20,000 nt of DNA from an uncultured virus (IMG/VR IMGVR_UViG_2667528152_000001) (IMGVR_UViG_2667528152_000001); one strand, 5' to 3'; counted from the stretch's first letter, positions 1-9,296 are shown. Program-made: numbers and translations. The notes: a model not told the origin generated them from the sequence alone.

Positions 1-113
1 TGAGCGATTCAGAAATTGCAGACCTGTTGAAATTGAACCGTTCTACTGTCTATCGGCATAGAACCAGTGGACTAGCCTTAATTAAAAAGTTTATGGAGGA
101 ATTTGAAGAATGA
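1..113 (+). CDS. orf7: Tn916 Orf7, sigma-70 region 4-like regulator (3' end only)
   Basis: The frame from position 3 reads SDSEIADLLKLNRSTVYRHRTSGLALIKKFMEEFEE*. It is HTH-like and its stop overlaps the orf8 start (ATGA). Confidence 0.9.
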   Translation, partial: SDSEIADLLKLNRSTVYRHRTSGLALIKKFMEEFEE

Positions 114-340
114 AAACACAATATCCTATGATTCCCTTTCCTCTCATTGTAAAGGCAACAGATGGCGATACCGAAGCGATTAACCAGATTCTACATCATT
201 ACAGAGGGTACATAACGAAGCGTTCCCTACGACTTATGAAAGATGAATATGGCAATCAAAGTATGGTCGTTGATGAAGTCTTACGTGGAAGAATGGAAAC
301 CAGACTGATTACAAAGATTTTGTCATTTGAAATTAAGTAA
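110..340 (+). CDS. orf8: Tn916 Orf8, helix-turn-helix protein
   Basis: MKTQYPMIPFPLIVKATDGDTEAINQILHHY... recognised, with an upstream GGAGG RBS. Confidence 0.92.
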   Translation: MKTQYPMIPFPLIVKATDGDTEAINQILHHYRGYITKRSLRLMKDEYGNQSMVVDEVLRGRMETRLITKILSFEIK

Positions 341-460
341 TATCCTCTCTCCTTTCGTGGAAGCGTGCTAAACCATTCCACGCTTCCCGAACAGGGAGGT
401 TTGTTATTCCACCAAAGCATATTGAGCTTTCAATGTGTTTTGATAGGCTAACGAGCCATT

Positions 461-750
461 GTTCTTTGAAAACTGAATAAAAGTAATCGAATACGTTTCG
501 ATAAGAAAAGAGCCAACGGAACTAACCGCCATGACCTATCTTATAAAGATAGCGAGCGATTCATGTTAGTGATCCGAGAAGCAATCTTTAGCAGGATTGC
601 CTGCAACGACATTCTTATCGTGATAATGATACTCCCATACAGTCAATAGTCCGAGCGTGATAAAACCGTCGCAGGCAATGAGTATGGCTACATGAGAACC
701 ATGCAGGGGTGGAACTCCCGTGAGCTTTGCTAAAGCTGTTCGATTGCTGG
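461..750 (+). ncRNA. Candidate structured cis-acting RNA (antiterminator) in the Tn916 orf8-xis interval
   Basis: boxA-like GTTCTTTGAAAACTGAATA at 461-479. A 12-bp closing stem 482-493/737-748 has two G-U pairs, with internal hairpins. I recall a cis-acting RNA antiterminator (canT) being described for Tn916, but its exact position was not verified. Confidence 0.55.
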
Positions 751-800
751 TAAAACAACTTTTATGAAATCCAAATAAGTGATTTGGAAAGGAGGATTTT

Positions 801-1004
801 ATGAAGCAGACTGACATTCCTATTTGGGAACGTTATACCCTAACCATTGAAGAAGCGTCAAAATATTTTCGTATTGGCGAAAACAAGCTACGACGCTTGG
901 CAGAGGAAAATAAAAATGCAAATTGGCTGATTATGAATGGCAATCGTATTCAGATTAAACGAAAACAATTTGAAAAAATTATAGATACATTGGACGCAAT
1001 CTAG
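801..1004 (+). CDS. xis: Tn916 excisionase
   Basis: [31 protein letters not shown]..., with a GGAAAGGAGG RBS. Confidence 0.97.
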
Positions 1005-1085
1005 CGTCGCCAAAGGGTCTTGTATATGATAAAATAGTATTAAGTCGTATCAAGGCTCTTTCCATAAAGGAAAGGAGCAAATGCC

Positions 1086-2303
1086 ATGTCAGAAAAAAGA
1101 CGTGACAATAAAGGTCGAATCTTAAAGACTGGAGAGAGCCAACGAAAAGACGGAAGATACTTATACAAATATATAGATTCATTTGGAGAACCGCAATTTG
1201 TTTACTCGTGGAAACTTGTGGCTACAGACCGAGTACCAGCAGGAAAGCGTGATTGTATCTCACTTAGAGAGAAAATCGCAGAGTTACAGAAAGACATTCA
1301 TGATGGTATTGATGTTGTAGGAAAGAAAATGACACTCTGCCAGCTTTACGCAAAACAGAACGCTCAAAGACCAAAGGTTAGAAAAAACACTGAAACTGGA
1401 CGCAAATATCTTATGGATATTTTGAAGAAAGACAAGTTAGGTGTAAGAAGTATTGACAGTATTAAGCCATCAGACGCTAAAGAATGGGCTATTAGAATGA
1501 GTGAAAATGGTTATGCTTATCAAACCATCAATAACTACAAACGTTCTTTAAAGGCTTCATTCTATATTGCTATACAAGATGATTGTGTTCGGAAGAATCC
1601 ATTTGACTTTCAACTGAAAGCAGTTCTTGATGATGATACTGTCCCTAAGACCGTACTAACAGAAGAACAGGAAGAAAAACTGTTAGCCTTTGCAAAAGCT
1701 GATAAAACCTACAGCAAAAATTATGATGAAATTCTGATACTCTTAAAAACAGGTCTTCGTATTTCAGAGTTTGGTGGTTTGACACTTCCAGATTTAGATT
1801 TTGAGAATCGTCTTGTCAATATAGACCATCAGCTATTGAGAGATACTGAAATTGGGTACTACATTGAAACACCAAAGACCAAAAGTGGCGAACGTCAAGT
1901 TCCTATGGTTGAAGAAGCCTATCAAGCATTTAAGCGAGTGTTAGCGAATCGAAAGAATGATAAGCGTGTTGAGATTGATGGATATAGTGATTTCCTCTTT
2001 CTTAATAGAAAGAACTATCCAAAAGTGGCAAGTGATTACAACGGCATGATGAAAGGTCTTGTTAAGAAATACAATAAGTATAACGAGGATAAATTGCCAC
2101 ACATCACTCCACATAGTTTGCGACATACATTCTGTACCAACTATGCAAATGCAGGAATGAATCCAAAGGCATTACAGTACATTATGGGACATGCTAATAT
2201 AGCCATGACGCTGAACTATTACGCACATGCAACATTCGATTCTGCAATGGCAGAAATGAAACGCTTGAATAAAGAGAAGCAACAGGAGCGTCTTGTTGCT
2301 TAG
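1086..2303 (+). CDS. int: Tn916 tyrosine integrase
   Basis: N-terminal arm-binding domain, then TGLRISE, HSLRH, MGH and catalytic Y motifs; 405 aa. Confidence 0.98.
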   Translation: MSEKRRDNKGRILKTGESQRKDGRYLYKYIDSFGEPQFVYSWKLVATDRVPAGKRDCISLREKIAELQKDIHDGIDVVGKKMTLCQLYAKQNAQRPKVRKNTETGRKYLMDILKKDKLGVRSIDSIKPSDAKEWAIRMSENGYAYQTINNYKRSLKASFYIAIQDDCVRKNPFDFQLKAVLDDDTVPKTVLTEEQEEKLLAFAKADKTYSKNYDEILILLKTGLRISEFGGLTLPDLDFENRLVNIDHQLLRDTEIGYYIETPKTKSGERQVPMVEEAYQAFKRVLANRKNDKRVEIDGYSDFLFLNRKNYPKVASDYNGMMKGLVKKYNKYNEDKLPHITPHSLRHTFCTNYANAGMNPKALQYIMGHANIAMTLNYYAHATFDSAMAEMKRLNKEKQQERLVA

Positions 2304-2336
2304 TAGTACAAATGAATTTACTACTTATTTACCACT
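2302..2336. repeat. Tn916 integrase arm-binding repeats (DR-2 type)
   Basis: AGTAGTACAAAT (2302-2313) plus inverted ATTTACTACT (2316-2325) and ATTTACCACT (2327-2336). Confidence 0.8.
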
Positions 2337-2477
2337 TCTGACAGCTAAGACATGAGGAAATATGCAAAGAAACGTGAAGTATCTTCCTACAGTAAAAATA
2401 CTCGAAAGCACATAGAATAAGGCTTTACGAGCATTTAAGAAAATATAAAAAGATAATTAGAAATTTATACTTTGTTT

Positions 2478-2503
2478 GGATATAAAAATTGTTTTTTTTT
2501 CAT
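2478..2503 (-). pseudogene. 5' stub of a phage gene interrupted by Tn916
   Basis: RBS GAGGTG (2509-2514) and ATG at 2503 read MKKK... directly into the Tn916 end. Confidence 0.6.
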
Positions 2504-2520
2504 TCCGTCACCTCAAGATA

Positions 2521-2820
2521 TTACATAAACAAAGTCACTATCCAAAGCAATAACAATACGACTAGCGGAGAAATAAACGCTCTTGCAATCACTGTAGCAA
2601 AATCTTCATCTGTATTTTTTTTAGAAGCAAAAGGACTAATTAACACATTGATTACTACAGCTTGCGGTAAATTGATAGATGGTACGCCATCAATTGTTGA
2701 TAAAATGTTATTCCAACCGTATTTAATAACAAATCCAGATAATACTAAGCCGAACGGCAATAGAACTAAAAGTATAATAAAGTTCTTTTTAGCATCATTT
2801 TTATTTTTATCATAATTCAT
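2521..2820 (-). CDS. Phage membrane protein (2-3 predicted TM segments)
   Basis: 99-aa ORF with hydrophobic stretches, co-oriented with the phage operon. Confidence 0.7.
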   Translation of the reverse strand: MNYDKNKNDAKKNFIILLVLLPFGLVLSGFVIKYGWNNILSTIDGVPSINLPQAVVINVLISPFASKKNTDEDFATVIARAFISPLVVLLLLWIVTLFM

Positions 2821-2840
2821 AATTTTTATTTAACTCTCTT

Positions 2841-3341
2841 TCATTCATTTTCTACATCTTTTCTAAACTGCCAAGCCCAGTCAAAGTCTTTGCGGATTTC
2901 GGATTCGGTGACGTTTCTAATATTTTTGTATTCCTCTAATTGATCTTCATATGCTTCAATTAATTTTAGTTTCTTGTTTACCTTTACTAAAATTATTTTT
3001 AAATCACTATTCGGATTTGGTATCTCAACTGTATAAAGCTTCTCTTTTTCAATTGTGATATTTGGATAAGCTAGCCAAGCTTCATAAAACTCACGTTCAT
3101 TGTGAGTTAGCCACTCTCTAACTTCATCAGATTGTCGACTCATGTGTTGATGTAAATAATCTACATCATCATCAAAGCTTTTAATCACATCAAATATCAT
3201 TTGTGGCACTTCTGGTTGAGGTTGATCGAGTTGGTCGAGTAATACTTTTACAATATGTGTTTTCACTACTGGAATGTCGCCGACACCACCTTTACCAATA
3301 GACTGTTTGTCTATCAATTTCTTCGCTTCTTCAATATTCAT
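2841..3341 (-). CDS. DUF1642-like phage protein
   Basis: PEVPQ...EAWL...EKEKLYTVEIPNPN...TESEIRKDFDWAWQF pattern, with a GAGG RBS. Confidence 0.8.
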   Translation of the reverse strand: MNIEEAKKLIDKQSIGKGGVGDIPVVKTHIVKVLLDQLDQPQPEVPQMIFDVIKSFDDDVDYLHQHMSRQSDEVREWLTHNEREFYEAWLAYPNITIEKEKLYTVEIPNPNSDLKIILVKVNKKLKLIEAYEDQLEEYKNIRNVTESEIRKDFDWAWQFRKDVENE

Positions 3342-3481
3342 TTGCTACCTCGCTTAACTTCTTCAACAATTTCAATTGCTACACCTATTGCAGCCATATA
3401 ACCAGCGTAGCTTTCTTGTCCGTAGTTATCCAGATCATTGTCAAATTCTTTATTAAGTCTTTTTAAAATTTCGTCAATCAT
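3338..3481 (-). CDS. Small hypothetical phage protein (47 aa, MIDEILKRLNKEF...)
   Basis: Translated by hand; ATGA overlap with the downstream gene. Confidence 0.65.
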   Translation of the reverse strand: MIDEILKRLNKEFDNDLDNYGQESYAGYMAAIGVAIEIVEEVKRGSK

Positions 3482-3484
3482 ACC

Positions 3485-3704
3485 CTATCCCCCATTTCCA
3501 GTCAGCTCAGCAATCCGTTTTGTCTGTCTAGCTCTATCATCACTAGCACGTTTAAGCTGCTTTTGTGTCCTGCTTAACTGTGTCCGTAATTCTGTAATTT
3601 GCGACTTGTAGTGGTCTTGCAGTGCGACGTTTAAAATAGATATAGCCATCAATGCTATACATTTTTTTAGCTTTTTTGTTAAACACTCTAAATTTCGGTA
3701 TCAT
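3485..3704 (-). pseudogene. Deletion scar: YopX-like N-terminus joined out of frame to the 3' part of a coiled-coil phage gene
   Basis: ATG at 3704 with GAGGTG RBS reads MIPKFRVFNKKAKKMY (YopX-type start). A different frame at 3485-3649 reads MAISILNVALQDHYKSQITELRTQLSRTQKQLKRAS... Confidence 0.55.
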
Positions 3705-3859
3705 AACTCACCTCTCAAAAAATACTCTGCATCACTTTTAGCGATTAAGCTATCACGATAAGCAATAGCTTCGTCTTTAGTCTTAAACTCTTTGTCTTTA
3801 TAAACAGTAGGCAACACTCGTCCGCCGATGTGATCGTAAACCCTAACTACGTGTGTCAT
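3701..3859 (-). CDS. Small hypothetical phage protein (52 aa, MTHVVRVYDHIGG...)
   Basis: Translated by hand; GGAG RBS; overlaps both neighbours. Confidence 0.65.
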   Translation of the reverse strand: MTHVVRVYDHIGGRVLPTVYKDKEFKTKDEAIAYRDSLIAKSDAEYFLRGEL

Positions 3860-4139
3860 TTGCATTCTCCGTTTTCTCTAGCCAAATTGCTAGCATTGTG
3901 CAATAATTAGCCATGTCATTTAACGTGTCTGACAGGCTTTCTGAAACGTTTTTATCACTGCTTATAAGATTATATAGTCTATTGTATTTATCGCTTATAC
4001 GTACGATACCAGCAATAAATCCGAAGTCATTTAAAGACTTTTCGAACGAGTTCCCATAATCTGCATTTTTAGCTAAAAACATTTGATAATTTTCGTTGTA
4101 TGCAGCTTGCATACTCTCTGCGTTTATTTTATCTGCCAT
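3843..4139 (-). CDS. DUF1599 / nucleotide-modification-associated domain protein
   Basis: KNADYGNSF...RISDKYNRL...ESLSDTLNDMANY motif, with a GGAGG RBS. Confidence 0.8.
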   Translation of the reverse strand: MADKINAESMQAAYNENYQMFLAKNADYGNSFEKSLNDFGFIAGIVRISDKYNRLYNLISSDKNVSESLSDTLNDMANYCTMLAIWLEKTENANDTRS

Positions 4140-4150
4140 ACTATACCTCC

Positions 4151-4495
4151 TCAGAAAGTCATTGCTGCGTACATCAATCGCTTAACTTTCTTGTAATGGT
4201 CTAACTTTGTACCTCTGTGCTTTTTGTTTAACTTTATAAAAATATCAGTTTCATGGCTGTTTGGGTTGTGATACTCTCTGTATGATTTAAGATACATCTG
4301 TACATAAGTGTCTTCGTCAAAATAATCTTTAAACGCCTCAATTACATAAGGGCGTGGCAATGTTTTTCTACGCTTGTTATTTGAGATATTTAATCTTAGG
4401 CGTTCTGATGTTTCATCATCTAAATTTAACTCTTTGACACGTCTCAAAACACTGCCATTAAAGAGATTATAAAATTTATCCGTTAGTTCGTTCAT
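4151..4495 (-). CDS. Hypothetical phage protein
   Basis: 114-aa ORF within the operon, with a GAGG RBS. Confidence 0.75.
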   Translation of the reverse strand: MNELTDKFYNLFNGSVLRRVKELNLDDETSERLRLNISNNKRRKTLPRPYVIEAFKDYFDEDTYVQMYLKSYREYHNPNSHETDIFIKLNKKHRGTKLDHYKKVKRLMYAAMTF

Positions 4496-4973
4496 CTATT
4501 TCCTCAATTTTTACTTTTATTCTAGGGTTTGGACTATACTTTTTTGTTGCTCTTAAGTCACATACAATATTATCGTCTGACCAGACAATCCCCGATTTTT
4601 GTATTTTGTCATAACCCGCGTCTGAAATACTATCAAAAACAGCTTTAACTAGGTTATCAATATCAGGCTTCTTTACGTGCCATATAAGCTCGTTTATAAA
4701 TTTTTGATATATTTGTACGGTTTTACTTTTTGAGCGTGCCGTAGGCTCTTTTATTAGCGTTTGTGGCGCTCTCATGTAAAACGTGACATCTACTTTTACA
4801 CAGTTATCAAAAAATGGCCCATTATAGTTTTTTTCAATCCAACCAGTGACTTGTTTTCTCCACTTTTTCATTTTAGGGTCTTCATACGTTCCCCACTTGC
4901 TAAATTTTGGTCTTGTTTGTGGTTTTGGCTCTACTGGTATCTCAAACTCTGTTTTAAAATTCAATTTCTTCAA
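4476..4973 (-). CDS. rusA: RusA-family Holliday junction resolvase
   Basis: PKPQTRPKF, KKPDIDNLVKAVFD, WSDDNIV and KKYSPNPRI motifs. Confidence 0.92.
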   Translation of the reverse strand: MKKLNFKTEFEIPVEPKPQTRPKFSKWGTYEDPKMKKWRKQVTGWIEKNYNGPFFDNCVKVDVTFYMRAPQTLIKEPTARSKSKTVQIYQKFINELIWHVKKPDIDNLVKAVFDSISDAGYDKIQKSGIVWSDDNIVCDLRATKKYSPNPRIKVKIEEIDERTNG

Positions 4974-5154
4974 CTCCTACAAAAATAGCGATTCTTTTTG
5001 AGCTAGGTCTAGCTTGATAAGATTTAGTCATGTACTGTTCTATGGTTGCTTTTTTGATACCAAGCCGTGCTGATAACTCTTCTTTTGTGCCAACGTCGAC
5101 AAACTTGTCGTCGTCATATATTGCATATATCCTTTGCTTCCGCGGCTTCGTCAT
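4954..5154 (-). CDS. Small HTH DNA-binding phage protein
   Basis: YAIYDDDKFVDVGTKEELSARLGIKKATI pattern. Confidence 0.75.
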   Translation of the reverse strand: MTKPRKQRIYAIYDDDKFVDVGTKEELSARLGIKKATIEQYMTKSYQARPSSKRIAIFVGVEEIEF

Positions 5155-5156
5155 AT

Positions 5157-5573
5157 TTAGAATGGTAAGTCATCATCTGAAATATCCATTTTGTTGGCAT
5201 TGCCAAAATGAGAATTAGAACTATTGCCGCTTTGATTAGTCTGTTGTTGGCTATTGCGACTTTCTAATAATTGGAAATTTTCCGCAACAACTTCTGTTAC
5301 ATAGATACGTTGCCCTTGCTGATTTTCGTAATTGCGTGTCTGAATGTGCCCTGTGATACCGATTAAAGTCCCTTTTTTAGCCCAGTTTGCTAGATTTTCA
5401 GCAGATTGTCGCCAGATAACACAATTAATGAAGTCCGTCTCTCGCTCTCCGTTTTGCTCTTTGAATCTGCGGTTAACTGCAAGTGTAAACGTAGCTACAG
5501 CTACTTGACTTGGCGTGTGACGAAGTTCGGCATCCTTGGTCATGCGACCTACAAGTACAATATTATTAATCAT
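5157..5573 (-). CDS. ssb: Single-stranded DNA-binding protein
   Basis: [14 protein letters not shown] start, OB fold and DDDLPF tail. Confidence 0.97.
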   Translation of the reverse strand: MINNIVLVGRMTKDAELRHTPSQVAVATFTLAVNRRFKEQNGERETDFINCVIWRQSAENLANWAKKGTLIGITGHIQTRNYENQQGQRIYVTEVVAENFQLLESRNSQQQTNQSGNSSNSHFGNANKMDISDDDLPF

Positions 5574-6240
5574 TTTTTAGTCCTGCTTTCTTTTTGAGTT
5601 TATTGATTAATTCGTCTGCCGAAACAATGTGTTCCGTATGCAAATTTTCCAGTGTCCCCACTTTTAAAGTATCGGTTAGCCATTTTGTTAACTCTTCAAC
5701 GTTTTGGTTTGTGGCTTTCGCAATATCATTTAAATCAGACTTGTAAGTCTCGACTTGGATATTGCTTATTTTAGGAGTTTTAGAGGTTGTCGGTCGGGAG
5801 GTTTTTTGTTCTTTGCGTTGCGTATCTTCTGTAACAATCGCATCTACATCTTCCTCACCAATTCCAAACAGCCCTTGCAAGGCATACTTACCTGCGTACG
5901 AACTCACTGCACCAGTCCATTGCGGAACTTGCATTTGTTGTATTTGTTTAGGTTCTCCTGTTTTATAGTCTTTAGTATTTAAAACAGGCACACTGTCCAA
6001 CTCAGCATATCTTGTCGCTTGGTGTTGTTCATCACCAAGTCTAGCTGTTGCTGTTGCTTTGATAAAAATTCTGCCGATCAATTCCACCAATTCGTCAGAT
6101 ACCGTTAACTCCCACCCGCTATTTAGTGTTTTAAAGTGTGTAAAAATATCTTCTGCATTGCGAAATGTATATTTAACGCCTTGTTTTGTTGTTTTTGTTA
6201 TTTGCATTTTTGTCTGCAATTCTGCAAAAGTCATGCTCAT
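5566..6240 (-). CDS. ERF-family single-strand annealing recombinase
   Basis: YTFRNAEDI and [21 protein letters not shown] motifs; located between gp157 and ssb. Confidence 0.85.
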   Translation of the reverse strand: MSMTFAELQTKMQITKTTKQGVKYTFRNAEDIFTHFKTLNSGWELTVSDELVELIGRIFIKATATARLGDEQHQATRYAELDSVPVLNTKDYKTGEPKQIQQMQVPQWTGAVSSYAGKYALQGLFGIGEEDVDAIVTEDTQRKEQKTSRPTTSKTPKISNIQVETYKSDLNDIAKATNQNVEELTKWLTDTLKVGTLENLHTEHIVSADELINKLKKKAGLKND

Positions 6241-6723
6241 CTACTTCACCTGTAAACTTTCTGTTTCGATTAGTTGAACTCCAGATATATCAATTCCAGA
6301 TTTTAAAACTTTTGAGATTTCATCTTTTTTTGGTTTGTATTCAACTTTTTCTTGCATGTATTCAAAAGGTATTTTTGTTTCGTCCAAAACCTCAACCTTC
6401 TTACTTTTTCGCAAAGATACTTTAAACATTCCAGCATCAACTTTTTTCTTTTGACTTAAGTCCATTGCTAGCCTAATTGTATCTTTGTATTTTTCCGCTT
6501 TGGCTTCTGCTTGCTTTTGCTTTTTGTAAAAAGTTTCTTTTTCGTTTTTGTACATTTCAATATCAGCTTGTGTATTTTTTAACATCTTTACAAAATATTC
6601 AATATTATTCTCTAAATCTGATTGAAAATCGATGCTATCCAAAGTGTCTTGAAATGTTTCATCATCAAGATCCATAGCTGATAATTGCGCATAAATACCC
6701 TGTAACTCGTATAAATAAGCCAT
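6241..6723 (-). CDS. Siphovirus Gp157-family protein
   Basis: MAYLYEL...DTLDSI...coiled coil...KDEISKVLKSGIDISGVQL pattern. Confidence 0.9.
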   Translation of the reverse strand: MAYLYELQGIYAQLSAMDLDDETFQDTLDSIDFQSDLENNIEYFVKMLKNTQADIEMYKNEKETFYKKQKQAEAKAEKYKDTIRLAMDLSQKKKVDAGMFKVSLRKSKKVEVLDETKIPFEYMQEKVEYKPKKDEISKVLKSGIDISGVQLIETESLQVK

Positions 6724-6837
6724 TTATTTCCTCTTTCTATGTTTCAATTGCCAATTTTCGGCTTTTAATCTCTTCAACTGTTTCTTTAACTCTATATTTT
6801 CTTCAGCTACTAATTTCAAATCTGGTCTATTTTCCAA
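6724..6837 (-). CDS. Small coiled-coil phage peptide (37 aa, TTG start)
   Basis: GGAGG RBS; reads MENRPDLKLVAEENIELKKQLKRLKAENWQLKHRKRK. Confidence 0.5.
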   Translation of the reverse strand: MENRPDLKLVAEENIELKKQLKRLKAENWQLKHRKRK

Positions 6838-6973
6838 AGTCAATCCTCCCTCTGCGCAGTCTTAACTGCCTGTATTCTTCAATTTTTTTATTTCGACTAG
6901 TTTCATCTAGAGCCATAATTCTTGCTACATGCTCTTCTGATAAGCCAAAAAATGTTGTTAATGTTAGTTCCAT
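6827..6973 (-). CDS. Small hypothetical phage protein (48 aa, MELTLTTFFGLSEEH...)
   Basis: Translated by hand; TGATG coupling to the loader stop codon. Confidence 0.65.
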   Translation of the reverse strand: MELTLTTFFGLSEEHVARIMALDETSRNKKIEEYRQLRLRRGRIDFGK

Positions 6974-7815
6974 CAGAACCTCTTACTTTCTGCATTATCT
7001 GGATATTTAAAAATATTGTTTTTTGCACCTTTGATTATGCGATCGACAAAAGCAGCATCGTAGATTTTCATAAGCTCAGCTCTACTAAAATTTGTATTAA
7101 TGATAGTATTTGTCCGATTATCCAAAATATTAAATAAAAACGTATATGTCCAACCGCTAGCAGATTTAATGGTGTTACCTGTGGTTGACTCCTTGCCTAA
7201 GTCATCAAGTATCAGATAATCACAATTGATGAGAAGCTTTGACATTCTTTCTTGCGAATATTTGCTATTTTTTTTATCGTCATAATCGAATGTATCTTTG
7301 ACTAGTCCGGACAACAAAGGTACCGAAACAAATATCACACTCTTTGATTGATTGTAAGATTTAAACATCTCGTTAATATTTTTAGCAATACTCATAGACA
7401 AGTGGCTCTTGCCAACCCCTGGAGGTCCTTGTAAGAGGGAGTTACCTTCCATTCCTTTAACATAATCTCTGGTGATTCGTTTGGCATAGTTTAGCGCTTT
7501 TGTATCTACAGCACTATGTTCCTTGTAGTTTTTCAACGTAGCACTAGCAATTTCCTTTGATAAAACGCTCTCTTTATAAAACACTTTATAACCCTTAGCT
7601 AGCAACGACTGGTTGTTGTACGCAATGTCAACCGCATTACTTTTCGTTTGGATATACTCTGTTGTACATTGCCAACAAAATTCTGTTTCTCTATTGCCAT
7701 GATTTGGCATTTTCCTAGCATAAATTGGCATCTCGTGCTTTTCGCATATTTTCCCAGTATCTCTAATAATGCCATTCTCGAGCATGCTCTCTCTTGTCAT
7801 TAACCCAAAAGCCAT
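6973..7815 (-). CDS. DnaC/IstB-like helicase loader ATPase
   Basis: Zn motif CEKH...CWQC, Walker A GPPGVGKS, Walker B LILDDLGKE and TIINTN. Confidence 0.93.
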   Translation of the reverse strand: MAFGLMTRESMLENGIIRDTGKICEKHEMPIYARKMPNHGNRETEFCWQCTTEYIQTKSNAVDIAYNNQSLLAKGYKVFYKESVLSKEIASATLKNYKEHSAVDTKALNYAKRITRDYVKGMEGNSLLQGPPGVGKSHLSMSIAKNINEMFKSYNQSKSVIFVSVPLLSGLVKDTFDYDDKKNSKYSQERMSKLLINCDYLILDDLGKESTTGNTIKSASGWTYTFLFNILDNRTNTIINTNFSRAELMKIYDAAFVDRIIKGAKNNIFKYPDNAESKRF

Positions 7816-7824
7816 AGATACCTC

Positions 7825-8739
7825 CTAAAATCCATATTTCGGATCTGGTTTCTTAAGCTCATCTAACTCAGCTTGCGAAAATCGTTGGCCTTGTTGCTTC
7901 TGGTAATAATCACTTTTAGCAACTTCTGGCTGATTGAGATAGCTCTCAAACTTGCTAGCATTAAACAAGGTTGATGGCCTGAGATATTTTTCCATGTCAG
8001 AATTTACCCACTCGCTGCATTTTTTATCTATGACAGCTTTGAAATCTTCTAAAGTATAACTATCTTTTAGTCTCGCTTTGACTAAATCTGTGTTTGTTTT
8101 TACAAACTTATAGTTAGAGTTCATTTTTTGGTTGAGATAAGCTATTGGGATACGATAATCAAAATTTTTGGGATTACCTTTTTTGACTTGTTCGACATAT
8201 TTCTCTTCTAACCAGTCTGGAAAGAGATATTCAGTCGGGCTCTGCTCGACAATATATTCTTTCTCTTTATCTAACTCTCTCTCTTTATCTTTCTTTTTCT
8301 CTATATCTATCTCTATCTCTGTTGGACATTGGTTGGACATTGGTTGGACATCGGTTGGAATTTGTCCAATTTTTCTAGTTTCTCGTTTATATTTTGCCCA
8401 GTTCGTCTCGCTTTCCAGCATAGCTTTAGCTTGGGGCATTTGTGCGTTACCGCTACCGTCTATCTGGATTAGACCGCATTTTGTGAAGTAAGCTAATGTC
8501 ATATTGATATCGTCTTCAGACACCTCTAACTTGATGGCAAGCTCTTCTACCAAATTATCAAAGTATCCTTCGTAATATAAAATGCAGTCTGTTTCTAAAC
8601 TTTCTAGCATCAAACGAATATACAAGACTGTCATAGTGTCTCCGCCAGCCATCTTTTTTAAACGTTTGATAAAAATATTTTCAAAAAACTTCTTGTCGAA
8701 CTTTAGCCAAAAGTAGATTTTAGTTTTTTCTTTACCCAA
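7825..8739 (-). CDS. Phage replication initiator / replisome organiser
   Basis: N-terminal YFWLKFDKKFF...GGDT...YIRLML; C-terminal YLRPSTLFNASKFESYLNQ; GGAGG RBS and TTG start. Confidence 0.92.
   Translation of the reverse strand: MGKEKTKIYFWLKFDKKFFENIFIKRLKKMAGGDTMTVLYIRLMLESLETDCILYYEGYFDNLVEELAIKLEVSEDDINMTLAYFTKCGLIQIDGSGNAQMPQAKAMLESETNWAKYKRETRKIGQIPTDVQPMSNQCPTEIEIDIEKKKDKERELDKEKEYIVEQSPTEYLFPDWLEEKYVEQVKKGNPKNFDYRIPIAYLNQKMNSNYKFVKTNTDLVKARLKDSYTLEDFKAVIDKKCSEWVNSDMEKYLRPSTLFNASKFESYLNQPEVAKSDYYQKQQGQRFSQAELDELKKPDPKYGF
8321..8369. repeat. Iterons: putative phage replication origin
   Basis: 11-bp tandem units GTTGGACATTG, GTTGGACATTG, GTTGGACATCG, GTTGGAATTTG plus inverted TGTCCAA inside the initiator gene. 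Confidence 0.8.
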
Positions 8740-8740
8740 T

Positions 8741-8863
8741 TTATCCTCCTAACTTGCAGTCCACTAGTGTGATAAAGTAGTTCAACTTCGCTTTATCTCT
8801 TGTTTCTAGTTTGCTTTTGTCAATCTGTTTTAGTAAGTAGTTAACGCATATTTTTTTAATCAT
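8741..8863 (-). CDS. Small hypothetical phage protein (40 aa, MIKKICVNYLLKQID...)
   Basis: Translated by hand; fills the gap, overlaps the upstream stop and ends 1 nt before the initiator start. Confidence 0.6.
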   Translation of the reverse strand: MIKKICVNYLLKQIDKSKLETRDKAKLNYFITLVDCKLGG

Positions 8864-9296
8864 CTTCTAGTACCAATCCCTCTAATCGCTTATCATAGCT
8901 AGACACAAACCACTCTTTTAATTGATTGTAAAGTTCTATTGCTTGGTCGTATTCCTCAGGCAATACTTCCTTATTTTGACTTTTACCAAAGACATTTAAG
9001 ACAAGCAAACGAATATGGTTGTGCACGTCATGTGTTGTAATTTTGCTATAACTAATCTCGTTGTCCACACCAAAAACTTTTGGTGTCTGATTGAAGACGT
9101 GTTTTTCTGGTTTATAAGCACGTTCACGATTTAATTTCTTGAGTACTTTTGGGTATTTATTGTTGATCGGAATTAACTCATCATCAAAGCCGACATCTTT
9201 AAATAGCCCCTGTGGTGTGCGTTTTTCTTTCGCTTGTTTCATGCGCTCGGCTACTAATTCATTCAATTCTTCTTCAGTTAATGTGTAAGTTTTCAT
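8856..9296 (-). CDS. Hypothetical phage protein (146 aa)
   Basis: AGGAGG RBS before ATG at 9296 (MKTYTLTEEEL...). Confidence 0.8.
   Translation of the reverse strand: MKTYTLTEEELNELVAERMKQAKEKRTPQGLFKDVGFDDELIPINNKYPKVLKKLNRERAYKPEKHVFNQTPKVFGVDNEISYSKITTHDVHNHIRLLVLNVFGKSQNKEVLPEEYDQAIELYNQLKEWFVSSYDKRLEGLVLEDD

Larger units (their letters stand above)
1..2477 (+). mobile_element. Tn916-family integrative conjugative element, int end (partial)
   Basis: orf7-orf8-xis-int proteins are recognisable as Tn916. The terminus ...GATAATTAGAAATTTATACTTTGTTT ends at 2477, followed by a likely 6-nt coupling sequence GGATAT and an A/T-rich target. Confidence 0.97.

Noticed and set aside
566..817. 83-aa minus-strand ORF (often annotated as Tn916 orf5)
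   Set aside because: It overlaps the xis start, has no recognisable domain or clear RBS, and the region is better explained as plus-strand structured RNA.
3843..4139. DUF1599 gene as evidence of a DNA base-modification system
   Set aside because: There are no partner modification enzymes nearby and the gene is common alone in phages.
8255..8320. TCTCTA/CT-rich microsatellite-like tract
   Set aside because: It encodes the EIEIDIEKKKDKERE low-complexity linker typical of phage initiators and is not an independent repeat.
8321..8364. Tandem repeats as a possible CRISPR array
   Set aside because: These are 11-bp units without spacers inside a CDS, consistent with iterons. There are no cas genes.
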